Source: Laetmonice hystrix
Taxonomy: Eukaryota
Assembly: GCA_965235115.1 (NCBI GenBank)
Contig: OZ249437.1
Span: forward strand, 49,104,001 to 49,168,000
DNA: 64,000 nucleotides
Direction of reading: 5' to 3'
Under the pieces are notes generated by a model, which was not told the origin of the DNA, ran no database searches, and worked only from the letters and a program-made list of their open reading frames with translations. A program made the translations under genes and the position numbers. Of this stretch, positions 62,865-64,000 are shown piece by piece (position 1 is the stretch's first letter; each line of letters begins with the position of its first letter).

Positions 62865-63537
62865 TCGTCGGTTTTTTCTCGAACCGGCGAATCTGCAAAA
62901 AGGTAGTTTTGAGTAAAACGCATTTGAAAATTTGTGTTTTTTATTTACTTTACTAGTACAAATTTAGAAACGGTCAAGCTGCGATGAATTTCTATTAAAT
63001 AACCACGAGTGATGAAGCGTTCGATGGGCCCTTTAATCATGTGATCATGTGACCTGACACCTGGCGGCGGCTGCGTAAATTAACCTCGTCATATTCGCCA
63101 CTTTGAGAAAAAAAAAATTTGCGTTCATATTATGGTCAGGGGTAGATTCGCCGCAGATTCGCCACTTTGAGAGAAAAAAAATCTCAATTTGATAGATCTG
63201 CCGCAGATTCGCCGCAGATTCATCGCATGCAGGGAACTATATAAGTCTACCCAGTATATACATAGCACATTCGCTGCTTAGAAAAAAAAGAAATTAAGGC
63301 TTCGGTTTCCATAGTTACGTCTCGGACCGGCGAATTGCTGATTCGCCAGTATGAGAAAAAAAAATTATACCTTTTATGCATATTCGCCACATACATTAAT
63401 TGGATATCTCACTAATTAACAAAGATAAGAAGATAACATTTTGGATGAAGTTAGTATATGTCTAATCTTACAAGAATATAATAAAATCTCAAATTTGGCA
63501 AAAGTGCAGATTCGTCGGTTCGAGAAAAAACCGACGA
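62865..63537. mobile_element. Non-autonomous DNA-transposon-like element with about 32-bp inverted repeats and internal ATTCGCC motif repeats
   Basis: tcgtcggttttttctcgaaccggcgaatctgca (62865-) is inverted at tgcagattcgtcggttcgagaaaaaaccgacga (-63537). About 7 internal attcgcc copies, several followed by actttgagaaaaa. Confidence 0.75.
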
Positions 63538-64000
63538 AATGACATGCTCCAGGCATCCATCAACTCCCTCAGCCACTGACCACAACAAAACTAAGCCCAG
63601 CCTGTAACCATATTACCATGACAACTGCAAATGATAGATTCACAATTTATAGGATTTTAACCTCGTTTCTTTGCGAAGACCGAGGCCCTCCTCCTTCTGT
63701 AGTGGCTTGGTCACCAAATCAGTTCAGACGAAATTACCGCTGGCAATCTGGGCAAATTACCCAACCAAAAGTCTAGAATTTGATTACTGCAGGGCATATT
63801 TTTGATGAAATACTGTTGTGGATCAGGCAGAAATCCGTTTATCCATAATAAATAAACACTTTATAGGGCTCCCCTAATCATTTTGGACACAAGGAAACAC
63901 GTCTCGCAGTTTTTTATGAAAATTAAATCAATTTGTCGTCCTCCCTAATTTCCAATCTAACTGCCTAATCTGACTAAATGCCTATTTTATGTGATGTGTG

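Overview
Eukaryotic (animal, probably invertebrate) genomic DNA. Almost the whole window is the middle of one large minus-strand gene: a class I bHLH E-protein (TCF3/TCF4/TCF12 family, daughterless orthologue group). I assembled six canonical GT-AG coding exons by hand (62004-62056, 46697-46811, 44278-44330, 17255-17363, 10838-10986, 5317-5523). They splice in frame to (D)[228 protein letters not shown]. The N-terminal AD1 exons and the bHLH exons lie outside the window. The best find is a short internal first exon at 22802-22861 that the ORF track misses. It encodes MFCTYPYYRPFVYMPGKLSS, splices in phase 0 onto the VYS exon, and resembles the HEBAlt/TCF4-A Alt N-terminus (MYCAY...GK|VY) in sequence and position. 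Also seen: a candidate 9-nt poison micro-exon or recursive splice site, dense intronic E-box clusters suggesting autoregulation, and several weaker candidate alternative first exons. Repeats include a tRNA-derived SINE, several MITE/foldback elements and minisatellites, and there is a 442-nt assembly gap. No prokaryotic-type system, rRNA, intact tRNA, CRISPR array or intact transposase was found. Most ORF-track entries are spurious. Vertebrate comparison sequences are quoted from memory and need database confirmation.
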